Source: a bacterium (GTDB lineage Bacteria; Desulfobacterota; DSWW01). From it: a DNA stretch of 64,000 nucleotides. Both the position numbers and the translations under genes were made by a program. This document shows, piece after piece, positions 27,801 through 38,345 of this stretch (positions are counted from its first letter, which is position 1; the number at the start of each line of letters is the position of its first letter). The notes beneath the pieces are model-generated. The model did not search any database. It saw only the letters and a program-made list of their open reading frames with translations, and was not told where the DNA came from. Location of the stretch: NCBI GenBank assembly GCA_040756235.1, contig JBFLZG010000137.1, positions 1 to 64,000 of the forward strand, given 5' to 3'.

Positions 27801-29123
27801 GTGGGAAAGGACGCGGCAAGGCCGATGGTCGTGGCGTATGTGCTGCTGCGGTTTCCCTACCTCACCGAGACCTTCATCGCCGACGAAGCGAGCGCCCTTC
27901 AGGGTCTGGGCGTGCCCATCCGCATCGTCTCGCTCCTCGGGCCGCGCCCGGGGCCGGTGCAGCCGCTCTCCAGGCGCCTGCAACGGGAAGCCTGGTATGC
28001 GCCGGGCTTGCTCTCTCCCGGGATCTGGCGGGCGCAGGCGCACTTCCTGAGAAAGTCGCCGCGCCTGTACCTCCGCCTCCTCCTCGACCTGTTGCGCTGC
28101 CCGTGCGCCGGCACGAGGCAAGCCCTCAAGCGGATCCTCATCTTCCTGAAGTCCGTTGCGGTCGCCTACAGGTTCCGGGCGGCCGGGATCTCGGTATTCC
28201 ACAGCCACTTCGCCGGCCTGTCCGGCGCGGGCGCGGCGGTCTGCGCGCGCCTTCTCGGCCGGCCCTTCACCGTGACGGTGCACGCCTACGATCTGTTCGT
28301 CCGGCAGGGCCTGCTGGGATACGTATTGGAGCGGGCCGCGCACGTCGTATGCGTGTCCCGCTACAACGCCGAGCGCATTCTCAGCCTGCGCCTGTGTGCA
28401 GGGGAAAGGGTCTCCGTCATCCGCTGCGGCCTGGATCTCTCTGAGTTCCCTTACCGCGGCCGCGCGGGCAGCGGCCGCGGGTCGAGGCAGGACCCGATCC
28501 GGATCCTTTCGGTCGGATCCCTGATCGTGAAGAAAGGGCACAAACACCTGATCGATGCGTGCGGGCTGCTGCGCGATCGAGGGGTGTCCTTTGCGTGCAG
28601 CATCATCGGCGCGGGGCCGGAGGAGCGGAATCTCAGGAGGCAGGTCGGCTCTCACGGGCTGGAGAGCCGGGTCGCGCTCATGGGCGCGCGCACGCGGCCC
28701 GAGGTCATCGAAGCGTATGCGCAGCACGATCTCTTCGTCCTCGCCTGCGTGGAGGCCGAAGACGGGGACAAGGACGGCATTCCCGTGGTCCTGATGGAGG
28801 CGGGCGCCACCGGTCTGCCGATGATCTCGACCGGCGTATCCGGGATCCCGGAGCTGATCGCCGACCGGCGCACCGGGCTGCTGGTCGCGCCCGGCGATCC
28901 GCTTCAGCTCGCGGACGCCGTCCTGAAGGTGGCCGGAGGCCCGGAGTTGGCGGAATCGCTGAGCCGCAGCGCGCGCAGACGGGTGGAGGAGGAGTTCGAC
29001 ATCCGCCGCAATGCAGCCTCTCTGAAGGAGGTATTCATCGGGGTGAGCGCGGAGGCGGGGGCGGCTGCAGACCGAGATCTTCCGGAAGACTTCCTCCGGC
29101 GAGCTGAAAGACCGTGCGCGTGA
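27801..29123 (+). CDS. Glycosyltransferase family 4 (WcaL-like)
   Basis: FPYLTETFI, HSHF, TVHAYD, KKGH, DGIPVVLMEA; AGGAG RBS before GTG 27801. Confidence 0.9.
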   Translation: MGKDAARPMVVAYVLLRFPYLTETFIADEASALQGLGVPIRIVSLLGPRPGPVQPLSRRLQREAWYAPGLLSPGIWRAQAHFLRKSPRLYLRLLLDLLRCPCAGTRQALKRILIFLKSVAVAYRFRAAGISVFHSHFAGLSGAGAAVCARLLGRPFTVTVHAYDLFVRQGLLGYVLERAAHVVCVSRYNAERILSLRLCAGERVSVIRCGLDLSEFPYRGRAGSGRGSRQDPIRILSVGSLIVKKGHKHLIDACGLLRDRGVSFACSIIGAGPEERNLRRQVGSHGLESRVALMGARTRPEVIEAYAQHDLFVLACVEAEDGDKDGIPVVLMEAGATGLPMISTGVSGIPELIADRRTGLLVAPGDPLQLADAVLKVAGGPELAESLSRSARRRVEEEFDIRRNAASLKEVFIGVSAEAGAAADRDLPEDFLRRAERPCA

Positions 29124-30561
29124 GGTCGACACCGCCCTTGCCGTCCACGCCTCCCTTGAAGGAGTAGCCGCTCTGGACCATCGCATCCGCAATTCTCTCG
29201 TTCATGGGCCAAGGCCAGAGGGGCTCGCGGGTGAGCACTCCGTCCACGTACCGGTACTGGATCTGTGCTCCGACCGACCGCTCGGCCACGTGGGGCCGCA
29301 AATCCTCGGACAGACCGTGCTGCAGGACGTTCCTTCCGGGCCCGGTGATGCGGGGGTCGCGTACGGCGAAGTGGGCGGGGGCCGGGTCGGTGTAGTCGGC
29401 CGCGGCGTTGTCCCAGAAGAGCACGTAATCCAGGAGGGAACCCGGGTAGAGCCCGCGGCTGCGCGAGCCCATGACGATGGAGCTCTCGATCGGGCCGGTC
29501 TGGCCCGCGGCCAGCACTCCGGCCCCGGTGCTCCCATCACCCCCGCCGCCGATGCTGGTGAGATGGGACCCTGCGAACGACATCACCTGCATGTTGAACG
29601 GGTTGACCCCGGGCTTCTCCGTGTAGGCGATGCAGTCGCGGATCAGGTAGCGCGTGCCCGGGTCGCAGTTGTTGTGATGGTAGAGCTGGTTCGGAGAGCC
29701 TCTCTGCCCCGACAGCTGGTAGGCGATGCAGCCCAGCAGGCGGTATCCGCCGTCCGCGAAGGTATCGTCGACGCCGAAGGCCCCGCTCTTGATGACGGCG
29801 GACGGGGCGTCCGGGTATTCGTCCCAGGTGCTGATGCAATTCTCGACCAGGCTGCCGGTGGAGCGATACGACCAGGTGATTCCGATCGCATAGGTGTGGA
29901 GCGCATCGCCGTCGAGGTGGGTCCATCTGGCGAAGCACCTTCTGAAGGTGGTACGGGCATCTTGATGCCGGCCGAAGATCTTCCGCGCCGGTCCCCAGCC
30001 GGCGCAGTCCTCGATCAGGTTCCCGGCCGAATTGCCTACGAAGAAGATGTAGGAGTTGCGCTTGGCCGGCGCATCCCAGGCGCAGACGCGGCGGATGCGG
30101 TTGTGGTCGGAGCCCTGATCGATGTGCACGACCCCCCAGGAGCCGGAGCCGCCGGGCGGGCCCGCGCTGCAGGCGTTGATCCCTTCCACGATGAAATAAC
30201 CGTTGCCCCGGTCGAGTGCGACGGGCCTGCGCAGCATCTCCCCGTCGACCGTCACGCGGCCGTCGTGAAGGGCTGCGATCCGGATCAAGGCATCGGCCCG
30301 GCCGCTCAGGCGCGCGGGCGGGCGGATCATCGCGCGCGCGCCGCGGTAGCGGCCGTCCGTCAGGTACAGCGTGTCTCCGGGGCCGGCGACGGCCCAGAAA
30401 TCCGCAACCTCAAAAGGGGCGTCGGGAGAGCGGCCGTGGCCGCGGCCGTCGGGGGATGCGTAGAACGTGGCCGCCGTTGCGGGCCGCGGGAGCAGCAGGC
30501 CGGGGAGAAGCAGGACGGCGGCGAGGCGGACCGAAAGGAGCAAGGCGGGCCTCCGGATCAA
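29035..30561 (-). CDS. Secreted right-handed beta-helix (pectin-lyase-like) protein
   Basis: Signal peptide; TFYASPDG..APF..AGPGDTLYLTDGRY; repeated xIxRxC/xVENC beta-coil units. Confidence 0.75.
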   Translation of the reverse strand: MIRRPALLLSVRLAAVLLLPGLLLPRPATAATFYASPDGRGHGRSPDAPFEVADFWAVAGPGDTLYLTDGRYRGARAMIRPPARLSGRADALIRIAALHDGRVTVDGEMLRRPVALDRGNGYFIVEGINACSAGPPGGSGSWGVVHIDQGSDHNRIRRVCAWDAPAKRNSYIFFVGNSAGNLIEDCAGWGPARKIFGRHQDARTTFRRCFARWTHLDGDALHTYAIGITWSYRSTGSLVENCISTWDEYPDAPSAVIKSGAFGVDDTFADGGYRLLGCIAYQLSGQRGSPNQLYHHNNCDPGTRYLIRDCIAYTEKPGVNPFNMQVMSFAGSHLTSIGGGGDGSTGAGVLAAGQTGPIESSIVMGSRSRGLYPGSLLDYVLFWDNAAADYTDPAPAHFAVRDPRITGPGRNVLQHGLSEDLRPHVAERSVGAQIQYRYVDGVLTREPLWPWPMNERIADAMVQSGYSFKGGVDGKGGVDLTRTVFQLAGGSLPEDLGLQPPPPPRSPR

Positions 30562-30771
30562 GTGCCGGGCCTCCCGTCATCCTGCCCGGAGCGGATCGTG
30601 CAGGGTGGCAGAGAGTGGCGTGAGAGGCATGGCGCCTTTCGTATCAGAAGACGAAGCAGGGGTCAATGGCTCGGGGGCGCTCGAGAGGGTTCTGCGATGC
30701 CGCGTCACGCAGACGCCCGCGGTTGCGGAATCGTCCGTGCGCTGCTGCGCGCGATGCGGGATTGACGATCC

Positions 30772-32307
30772 ATGGGCTCAGAGCAGCAACATTCCGGGGC
30801 AGAGAGGGCGAAGTCGGGCAGTTTCGCCGGCAACGTGGCGAGACTCTCTGCGGGCGAAGGGGTCGCCCAGATCATCGCCGTCCTCTCGCTCCCCGTCCTT
30901 GCGCGGCTCTACGCTTCGAGCGAGTTCGGCATCTTTTCCATTTTCACCTCCGTGCTGACGATTCTCTTTCCCCTCACCACGTTACGTTACAACAATGCCA
31001 TGATGCTGCCGGAGAAGGAGAGCGAGGCGGCAAACCTCCTGGCCCTGTCGATCGCTGCGGTGCTCGGTTTCGGCCTGCTCGCGGGGTGCGCCGTCGCGCT
31101 CTATGTGCTGCTGCCGTCCGTGCAGGCGCGCTGGCCAGTCCCGGCGGCTACGGCTTACCTGGCGCTCATGCCTCCTTCCATGATCATCGCCGGCTGCGCG
31201 CAGGCCATGATCTTCTGGGCCCTGCGCCAGAAGATGTTCACGCCCATGGCCGCGTCCAGGGTCGTCGAATCGGTTTCCGACAAGGCGCTGGCGATCACGG
31301 CGGGAGCGCTGCTCGGAGGAAGCGCGCTGTGGCTGATCGCGGCAAGAATGGTGGGGCCGCTGCTGGGCGCCTTCTACCTGGCCCGCACGGCGGTCCTCTC
31401 GTCCCTCGGACACTTGCGGCGCCAGGTTTCCCTCCGGGAAATGAGCCGGCTGGCGCGGCGCTACAAGGACTTTGCGCTCTTCTCCAATTTCGCCTTTCTG
31501 ATCAACAACCTCTACCGGGAATTGCCGTTGATCTTCCTTGCCGGCCTGTTCTCGGTCGAGGTGGCCGGCTACTACGGGCTGGCGATGCGCGCGGTGAAGA
31601 TGCCGACCCAGTTGCTCGGGGAGGCGATCAGCAGGGCTTTTTTCCAACTCGCTGCCGCGCAGGGCGGCCGCCGGGAAGGGCTTGCGAAAGATACGGTGAA
31701 GCTGCTGCGCTCCCTGCTGACCGCTTCTTTGCCCCTGCTCGCGGTGCTGATCCTGCTCGGCCGGCCGATCTTCGAGATCCTGTTCGGGTCCGAGTGGCGC
31801 GAGGCCGGGCGGTACTGCGAGATCCTGGCCGCCTATGTGCTGGTTTTCTTCGTCTTCCGGCCGTTGAGCGTCCTTTTCGACGTCTTCGAGAAGCAGCGGG
31901 AGAGATTGCTGTTCAACGTGGTCGTGCTGGCCGCTCAGAGCGGGGTGCTGCTGCTGGGAAGCCGGTGGACCGGGTCTGCCCCGGCCACTTTGATGCTGTT
32001 CACCGCCGTCTCCGTGGTGATTCATGCCGCGGGTTGCGGATACTTGCTGCGGCTGGCGGGAGTGAGACTCGCGGAAGTCTGTGGAATCGTTGCATCCAAA
32101 CTGGCCGGCATGCTGCCGCTGGCCGTTGGGCTCGGCGTCTCCAGAAGCCTGCTGCCCGGACATCCCGCAAGCAGCGCGATGGTCCTGGCCACGTGCTTCC
32201 TGGCACAGGGCTGGTGGATGGTGCGCCATGACCCCGAAGCAAGAGAGGTGACAGGCCGGATTCTGCTCCGGTTCCGCCGGCCCGCTGACGGGCGCCCGAA
32301 CCCGTGA
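30772..32307 (+). CDS. wzx: Wzx-type oligosaccharide flippase
   Basis: PVLARLY..EFG, LRY..A, GYYGLA, LFGSEW; multi-pass membrane protein. Confidence 0.85.
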   Translation: MGSEQQHSGAERAKSGSFAGNVARLSAGEGVAQIIAVLSLPVLARLYASSEFGIFSIFTSVLTILFPLTTLRYNNAMMLPEKESEAANLLALSIAAVLGFGLLAGCAVALYVLLPSVQARWPVPAATAYLALMPPSMIIAGCAQAMIFWALRQKMFTPMAASRVVESVSDKALAITAGALLGGSALWLIAARMVGPLLGAFYLARTAVLSSLGHLRRQVSLREMSRLARRYKDFALFSNFAFLINNLYRELPLIFLAGLFSVEVAGYYGLAMRAVKMPTQLLGEAISRAFFQLAAAQGGRREGLAKDTVKLLRSLLTASLPLLAVLILLGRPIFEILFGSEWREAGRYCEILAAYVLVFFVFRPLSVLFDVFEKQRERLLFNVVVLAAQSGVLLLGSRWTGSAPATLMLFTAVSVVIHAAGCGYLLRLAGVRLAEVCGIVASKLAGMLPLAVGLGVSRSLLPGHPASSAMVLATCFLAQGWWMVRHDPEAREVTGRILLRFRRPADGRPNP

Positions 32308-32523
32308 GTCAGCTCCGGCCTTCGGCTCGCCACACGAAACTCTACCGTCCTTTTCTCGACACCCACGTACGACCCCGCACGGAGAGCCGGCCCTGAAGGT
32401 TGCGGCCGACTCCGTGGGATGCGGCCGGTCCCGACGGACCGCGGCCGAGCGGCCACGGCTGCCGGCGGACCCTGCGACAACCCTTGCCGGCACACACGCG
32501 GCAGCGCAACAGGGAGGTGCGAC

Positions 32524-33225
32524 ATGCTGGTTCATCGATGGCAGTTGTCCTGCAAGCGTCTTATGGACCTTCTGGCAGCAAGCATGGGAGTGACTCTGCT
32601 CCTTCCCGTCCTGGCCGTGATCGCCGCGGCCATCAAGCTGACTTCGCCCGGGCCGATTCTGTTCAGGCAGTCACGCTCGGGGCTAAATGGCCGCCCGTTC
32701 CAGGTGCTCAAGTTCCGCACCATGACCACCGACACGCGGCCGGTGGTCGGCACGGAAACGCTGGAAGACGACCCGCGGATCACGGCGGTCGGACGGTTCA
32801 TGCGGAAGACGGGACTGGATGAGCTGCCTCAGCTGTTCAACATTCTTCGCGGCGAGATGAGCATCGTCGGCCCGCGGCCGCTGCTGCAATGGGAAAACGA
32901 CATGTGCAACGCGCGCGAGAGGCGCCGTCTGGAGGTCAAACCGGGCATCACCGGCTTGTCGCAGATCCACGGGCGCAACGCGATTCCCTGGCACGCGCGC
33001 GTGGAATGGGACGTCCGCTACGTGGAGCGGGCCGGCATCCGTCTGGACCTGTGGATCCTGCTCAAGACGGTCCCGCTCGTGCTCTTCGGCGAGAACGCCT
33101 ATGCGGACCCGGGGATGGATATCTATTCCGACCCGGCCAATGACAATGACCCGGCATGCGCACGGGCGGCCGGGGCCGGGGACTCGCAGTGCCTGTCGGG
33201 CACCGCGGAACAGGCTCGGCGGTAA
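32524..33225 (+). CDS. Initiating undecaprenyl-phosphate sugar phosphotransferase
   Basis: KRLMD, KFRTM, LDELPQLFNILRGEMSIVGPRP, KPGITGLSQ. Confidence 0.93.
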   Translation: MLVHRWQLSCKRLMDLLAASMGVTLLLPVLAVIAAAIKLTSPGPILFRQSRSGLNGRPFQVLKFRTMTTDTRPVVGTETLEDDPRITAVGRFMRKTGLDELPQLFNILRGEMSIVGPRPLLQWENDMCNARERRRLEVKPGITGLSQIHGRNAIPWHARVEWDVRYVERAGIRLDLWILLKTVPLVLFGENAYADPGMDIYSDPANDNDPACARAAGAGDSQCLSGTAEQARR

Positions 33226-33252
33226 GACGGACCGGATGCGGAGGGATGCCCC

Positions 33253-34383
33253 ATGAGTACCGTCCCCACCACCTCAGAAGACCCTTCGGTGGACCGGGCC
33301 CGTACCGGCGCGACTCCGGCGGCAGGCCGCTCACCCGTCCGCCCGGCTGCGGAGATCGCAGATCATGCCGCAGAGAGCTACCAGATCGTTCGAGAGCTGC
33401 CGGTCGAGAAATGGCGCAGATTTGTTCTCGATCAGCCCGACGGCAACATTTTCCACACACCGGAGCTCTTCAAGGTTTTCGAACGCGCCAAGGGCCATGA
33501 ATCGAGGGTGTGGGCCGTCGTGGACGGCAGATCGGAGGTCCTCGCGATCTTTCCGCCGGTGAGAATCAGTGTCGGCAAGGCGATGGGGATCTTCGCCAGG
33601 AGGGCGGTCGCTTACGGAGGCGCGCTGTGGAACGCGAGCGCCGCCGGCCGGAACGCTCTGGCCGCGCTGCTGAGGGCCTACAAGCGCGATCCCCGAAAGT
33701 CGGCGCTCTTCACCGAGGTGCGCAATCTTTCCGATGCTTCGGCCGGAGGGCCGATCTTCACCGGGCTCGGCTTCACCTACACGCCTCACCTGAATTACCT
33801 GATCGACCTCGACCGGCCCCCGGAAGCGGTCCTCGGCTCGATCGGGCGGCGCACCCGCAAGAAGATCCGCCATGCCCTGCGCAGCGGGGATGTGGTCGTC
33901 CGGGAGATTGCCTCCAGGGAAGAGCTGGCGCCGTGGTACGCCGTGCTTCAGACAACGTATCACCGCGCGCGAGTGCCCCTGCCGGACATTTCGCTGTTCG
34001 AGGCGGCCTACGATCTGCTTCACCCTCTCGGGATGGCCAAATTCCTGGTCGCCCAGACGAACGGATCCTACGCCGCCGTCTCGGTCGAGCTGCTTCACAA
34101 GGACGTGATCTACGGCTGGTACGGAGGCACCGACCGGAGGTTTTCCAGATACAGCCCGAACGAGGTGCTCACCTGGCATATCCTGCAGTGGGGAGCGACT
34201 CACGGCTACAAGGTCTACGACTTCGGCGGCGCAGGGGACCCGGATGAACCTTACGGGGTGCGCGATTTCAAGGCCAAGTTCGGCGGAGAGCTTGTCTCCT
34301 TCGGGCGCTATACCCTGGTGCATTCCTCGGTGCTGCTGCCGATCAGCAAGGTGGGGTATGAAATCTACCGGCGATTTCTCTGA
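33253..34383 (+). CDS. FemAB/GNAT-family transferase
   Basis: IFHTPE, YLIDL, YDFGGAG..GVRDFKAKFGG. Confidence 0.85.
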   Translation: MSTVPTTSEDPSVDRARTGATPAAGRSPVRPAAEIADHAAESYQIVRELPVEKWRRFVLDQPDGNIFHTPELFKVFERAKGHESRVWAVVDGRSEVLAIFPPVRISVGKAMGIFARRAVAYGGALWNASAAGRNALAALLRAYKRDPRKSALFTEVRNLSDASAGGPIFTGLGFTYTPHLNYLIDLDRPPEAVLGSIGRRTRKKIRHALRSGDVVVREIASREELAPWYAVLQTTYHRARVPLPDISLFEAAYDLLHPLGMAKFLVAQTNGSYAAVSVELLHKDVIYGWYGGTDRRFSRYSPNEVLTWHILQWGATHGYKVYDFGGAGDPDEPYGVRDFKAKFGGELVSFGRYTLVHSSVLLPISKVGYEIYRRFL

Positions 34384-34397
34384 GGTCGTTCAAGCTG

Positions 34398-35561
34398 ATG
34401 CCGTCGGAAACCCGCGGCACGCCGGCTGCGCCGGTGCGTGAATCACAGGGGCCGATGCAAGTCACCCATCTCACGGATCGTCAGCGCGGCACATGGAGCG
34501 ACTTTCTCGGCCGCGAGCCTGCTTTCGCGCTGCTGCAATCCTGGGAATGGGGCGACTTCAAAGAGAAGCTCGGCTGGAAGGCGTTTCGCATCGCGGTGAC
34601 GCTCGCGGGCCAGATCGTTGCGGGAGCGCAGCTCCTGATCAAGCCGCTCCTTCCTGCGATCGCCAGCCTCGCCTACGTGCCCCGCGGGCCGGTCGGGCGC
34701 TGGACGACGGACGGGGAAGCTGCCTCCCTGCTCCTGGCCGAGCTCCACCGCGTCGCCCGAGAGCACCGAGCCGTCTTGTTGAAGCTCGAGCCGCCTCTGC
34801 CGGACGGGGAAGGAGCGGCGGAGGCCCTTGCAGGACGCGGCTTCCGCGCGAGCCCGTACAACAACCAGCCCCGATCCACGATCATACTCGACCTGGGGGG
34901 GGAGCCGGACCGAATCCTGATGCAGATGCGCCAGAAGACGCGCCAGTACATTCGCAGCGCGGTGCGTCAGGGGGTTACCGTCCGGGCCGGCGAGGCCGCG
35001 GACCTCCCGGACGTCTGTGAGCTCATCCGGATGAGCGGAAAGCGCAAGCGCTACCCGACGCGCAGCTCCGGCTACTACCAGACCGAGTGGCACTCGCTGC
35101 AAGGTCACATCGTGGTCCTCATGGCCTACCTGCACGGCAGGTTGCTGGCCCTGCGCACGATCTGTTCTTTCGGCAGGCATGCTGCCGAGCTGCACGCGGG
35201 ATCCGTGGAACACGGCGGCAAGCTTCATCCCAATTACCTCCTCGTGTGGGAGGGGATCCGATGGGCCAAGTCGCGAGGCTGCCTGACTTACGACTTCTGG
35301 GGCGTTCCCGAGCAGGTGGGACAGGACGCGTGCAGAGGCATGGGACCGACCGCGTCCGAACGGACCGATGATTTGTGGGGAGTGTACCGGTTCAAGCGGG
35401 GGTTCAGCAGGAATGTCGTGTCGTACGTGGGGTCGTACGACTATGTCTACAGACCGATGCTGTACAACCTGGCTTTCAACAGGTATCTGGGCTCGAAGAG
35501 AATGGACCTGATCGCCCCCTGGCTGGACCGCGTGCGGACCGCGCGCAGGGCAGGGCCATGA
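34398..35561 (+). CDS. FemX-like (peptidoglycan-bridge glycyltransferase family) protein
   Basis: LLQSWEWGDFK, YVPRGP, LKLEP, YDFWG, GVYRFKRGF. Confidence 0.88.
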   Translation: MPSETRGTPAAPVRESQGPMQVTHLTDRQRGTWSDFLGREPAFALLQSWEWGDFKEKLGWKAFRIAVTLAGQIVAGAQLLIKPLLPAIASLAYVPRGPVGRWTTDGEAASLLLAELHRVAREHRAVLLKLEPPLPDGEGAAEALAGRGFRASPYNNQPRSTIILDLGGEPDRILMQMRQKTRQYIRSAVRQGVTVRAGEAADLPDVCELIRMSGKRKRYPTRSSGYYQTEWHSLQGHIVVLMAYLHGRLLALRTICSFGRHAAELHAGSVEHGGKLHPNYLLVWEGIRWAKSRGCLTYDFWGVPEQVGQDACRGMGPTASERTDDLWGVYRFKRGFSRNVVSYVGSYDYVYRPMLYNLAFNRYLGSKRMDLIAPWLDRVRTARRAGP

Positions 35562-36208
35562 GAATCCTGCCGCCGAACAATCCGTGGATCGACCGCGTGA
35601 CAGATCTGGCTGCGGACTGGCGCTTCGTGCACCTCAGCCGGGGATGGAAGCCCGGCCTGTCCTGGCTGGGCAGGCAGCTGGCCATGCTGCCGTACCGGCA
35701 GCTCCGGTTCTTCGTCCTGTCGCGGTCGCTGGCCGAGCCGATGCCGGAGCCAGCCCAGAAGATCGCGCTGAAGGTGCGGCCGTTCGCGCCCGGCGACCTC
35801 GAGTGGGTGCGGCGGGAGATCTTCCCTTCCGAGGCCCGGTTGTTCCAGCGGCGGCTGGAACGGGGGCACATGGGCTTCGTGGCCTGTCACGGCGAGCGGA
35901 TCGTCGGGTACAGCTGGGCCTGCACGGACACCACCCTGGAGCGGCTGGAGCTGCGGCTCGAACCCGGGGACGTGCTCTTCACCGACTCGTTCACGGTCCC
36001 GGCCTTCCGCGGCCGGGGCGTGCAGACGATGCTGTCCCTGGAGCGCCTGTGCGCGTTTCGCGAGCGGGGATACGCACGGGCGATCTTGTACATCGAGGTG
36101 CACAACACGCCCTCCCTGGCGGTCTGGCGCAAGCTCGAGGCGCAGGTTCTCGCCCGCGTCCGCTTCCGGCGCGTCGGCTGCTGGCGCAGCACGCAACACG
36201 ACCCCTGA
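35558..36208 (+). CDS. GNAT-family acetyltransferase
   Basis: TVPAFRGRG acetyl-CoA motif, HNTPS; ATGA overlap. Confidence 0.8.
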   Translation: MRILPPNNPWIDRVTDLAADWRFVHLSRGWKPGLSWLGRQLAMLPYRQLRFFVLSRSLAEPMPEPAQKIALKVRPFAPGDLEWVRREIFPSEARLFQRRLERGHMGFVACHGERIVGYSWACTDTTLERLELRLEPGDVLFTDSFTVPAFRGRGVQTMLSLERLCAFRERGYARAILYIEVHNTPSLAVWRKLEAQVLARVRFRRVGCWRSTQHDP

Positions 36209-36215
36209 GACGCAG

Positions 36216-37556
36216 ATGTCGGCAGCGATACGGCGACTGGTGTTGAGGGTGCACCGGCTGACGGGGCGGCGCGTGCTGGAGCGCCTGGAGGAGCTCAACC
36301 GCACGCAGTGGCTGGGACGGGAGAGCCTGCTGCGCCTGCAACGGGCCCGCCTGCAACAGGTGGTCGCATACGCGCACCGGCATGTGCCCTACTACCGGCG
36401 AGTATTCGAGGAGGCGGGATTTCGGCCGGACGATGCGCCCATCGATCCTGAGGCGTGGCTTCGGATCCCGGTCCTGACCAAGGCGATCGTCCGCGCCCGT
36501 TTCCACGATCTCATGACCACCGAGCCGGAGCGCCGCAGAGAGCTGACTGAGGTGAGGACGTCCGGGTCTACCGGATATCCCCTGGTGTTCATGCAGGACC
36601 GCGGCTACCGCGACAGCGTCACCGCCGATATCCAGCGCCACCTCGGCTGGGCGGGATGGAGGCTGGGCGAGCCGCACGCGTACATCTGGGGCGCGAGCTT
36701 CGACGCCAGCCTGCAGCATTCGCTGCGGGCTCGTCTCCTGGACTGGACCTGGAACCGTTGCGTGACGAACGCCTACCTGATGACCGAGGACTCGATGGCG
36801 GCCCTGGCCGGGCATGTACGCCGCAGACGCCCCCGCATCCTCTTCGGCTACGCTTCCAGCCTGCAGCGGTTCGCCCGGTTCGTCCGGCGGCAGGCCCTGC
36901 AGGACATCTCGTTCGACGGCGTCTTCTCGTCGGCCGAGGTGCTGTTTCCGGACGTGCGCCGGCTCATCGAGGAAACGTTCCGCTGCCGGGTCTTCGACCG
37001 CTACGGCTCGAAGGATCTGGGCGGCATTGCCTGTGAGTGCGAGGCACACGCGGGAGTGCACGTCAGCGCGGAAAACAATTACGTGGAGATCCTGCGCGAC
37101 GGGCGCCCATGCCGCCCGGGGGAGGTCGGCGAAATCGTCGTCACGAACCTGAACAATCTCGGGATGCCCTTCATCCGGTACGGCATCGGGGATTACGGCG
37201 CGTGGAAGAGCGCCGGAGAGTGTCCGTGCGGCCGCGCCGCGCCCATGCTGGAGGCGGTGCAAGGGCGCATCGGGGACTCGTTCAAGACGCGCGACGGCCG
37301 CACGGTCGGGAGCGTATTCGCCGGCTTGCTGGCCGACCCCGGGATCGAGCAGTTTCAGATCGTCCAGAAGTCGCTCGACCTGGTGGTCGTCCGGCTGGTG
37401 AAGCGGGGGGAAATTTCCCCGCGCACCCTGGATCGGATCGCGCGCGCGCTCCGCACCAGCCTGGGCGAGGGCGTCCGGGTCGTATACGAGTACCCGGAAG
37501 CGATCCCGGTGCTGCCCTCGGGGAAGCACCGCGCCATGTTTTCGGACTGTGAATAG
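36216..37556 (+). CDS. CapK-like adenylate-forming (phenylacetate-CoA ligase family) protein
   Basis: RTSGSTG, RYGS, TNLNN..PFIRYGIGD, CPCGR, SGKHR. Confidence 0.88.
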   Translation: MSAAIRRLVLRVHRLTGRRVLERLEELNRTQWLGRESLLRLQRARLQQVVAYAHRHVPYYRRVFEEAGFRPDDAPIDPEAWLRIPVLTKAIVRARFHDLMTTEPERRRELTEVRTSGSTGYPLVFMQDRGYRDSVTADIQRHLGWAGWRLGEPHAYIWGASFDASLQHSLRARLLDWTWNRCVTNAYLMTEDSMAALAGHVRRRRPRILFGYASSLQRFARFVRRQALQDISFDGVFSSAEVLFPDVRRLIEETFRCRVFDRYGSKDLGGIACECEAHAGVHVSAENNYVEILRDGRPCRPGEVGEIVVTNLNNLGMPFIRYGIGDYGAWKSAGECPCGRAAPMLEAVQGRIGDSFKTRDGRTVGSVFAGLLADPGIEQFQIVQKSLDLVVVRLVKRGEISPRTLDRIARALRTSLGEGVRVVYEYPEAIPVLPSGKHRAMFSDCE

Positions 37557-37645
37557 GGCCGCGTGGCCGGCCGCGCGCCGCACGGGCCTGCGGCTCTCGG
37601 CTCTCCGGACCCATGACCGAGATCTTCGATCTTCTCAGGGGGTGA

Positions 37646-38332
37646 ATGATGAAACGAGATCTGCTTGTGCTGCGATCGTTGCTCCGGCTCGCCGCCGCGA
37701 TCGTGTTCCTGTTGCTCCCGGCCGCCGAGCTGGCGGGCGAATCCGAGCTTCCTCCCGTGCCGCTGGGCAGCCCGGGAACGGACTGGCAGCCCGATGCAGG
37801 AGACGCCTTGCCCGAGGCGGAGACCGGCGTCCCCGCGGCCCCCGCTCCGCCGGACTACGTCGTCGGGGCCGGGGACGAGCTCGAGATCTTCGTCTGGCGC
37901 AACGACCAGCTCTCCCGCCGCGTGACCGTCATGCCGGACGGCACGATCTCGCTCCCGTTGATCCAGAAGGTGTCGGCTGCCGGCTTTACGGCCGAGCAGA
38001 TCCGGGACCGCATCACCGAGCTCTTGAGCGACGACCTCGAGCGCCCCCGGGTCAACGTGATCGTCAGCGCGACCCGGAGCTGCCGGGTCACCGTCCTCGG
38101 ACGCGTGGTCAAGCCCGGGGTCTACCCCCTCACCGGCACCACCACGGTGATCGAGGCGATCTCCATGGCCGGCGGGCTCACCGAGTGGGCCAAGAAGCGC
38201 AAGATCACGGTCATCACGCGGCGGAACGGGAAAGAGGAGAGCGTCCGGATCAACTACAATAAGATCGTTTCCGGTGAAGACCTTTCCCAGAATCTGGTGC
38301 TGCAGCGCGGCGACACGATCGTGGTGCCGTAG
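37646..38332 (+). CDS. wza: Polysaccharide export protein (Wza/OPX, short form)
   Basis: YVVGAGDELEIFVW, VMPDGTISLPL, GRVVKPG, LQRGDTIVVP. Confidence 0.88.
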   Translation: MMKRDLLVLRSLLRLAAAIVFLLLPAAELAGESELPPVPLGSPGTDWQPDAGDALPEAETGVPAAPAPPDYVVGAGDELEIFVWRNDQLSRRVTVMPDGTISLPLIQKVSAAGFTAEQIRDRITELLSDDLERPRVNVIVSATRSCRVTVLGRVVKPGVYPLTGTTTVIEAISMAGGLTEWAKKRKITVITRRNGKEESVRINYNKIVSGEDLSQNLVLQRGDTIVVP

Positions 38333-38345
38333 TCCTGCCTCTTAC

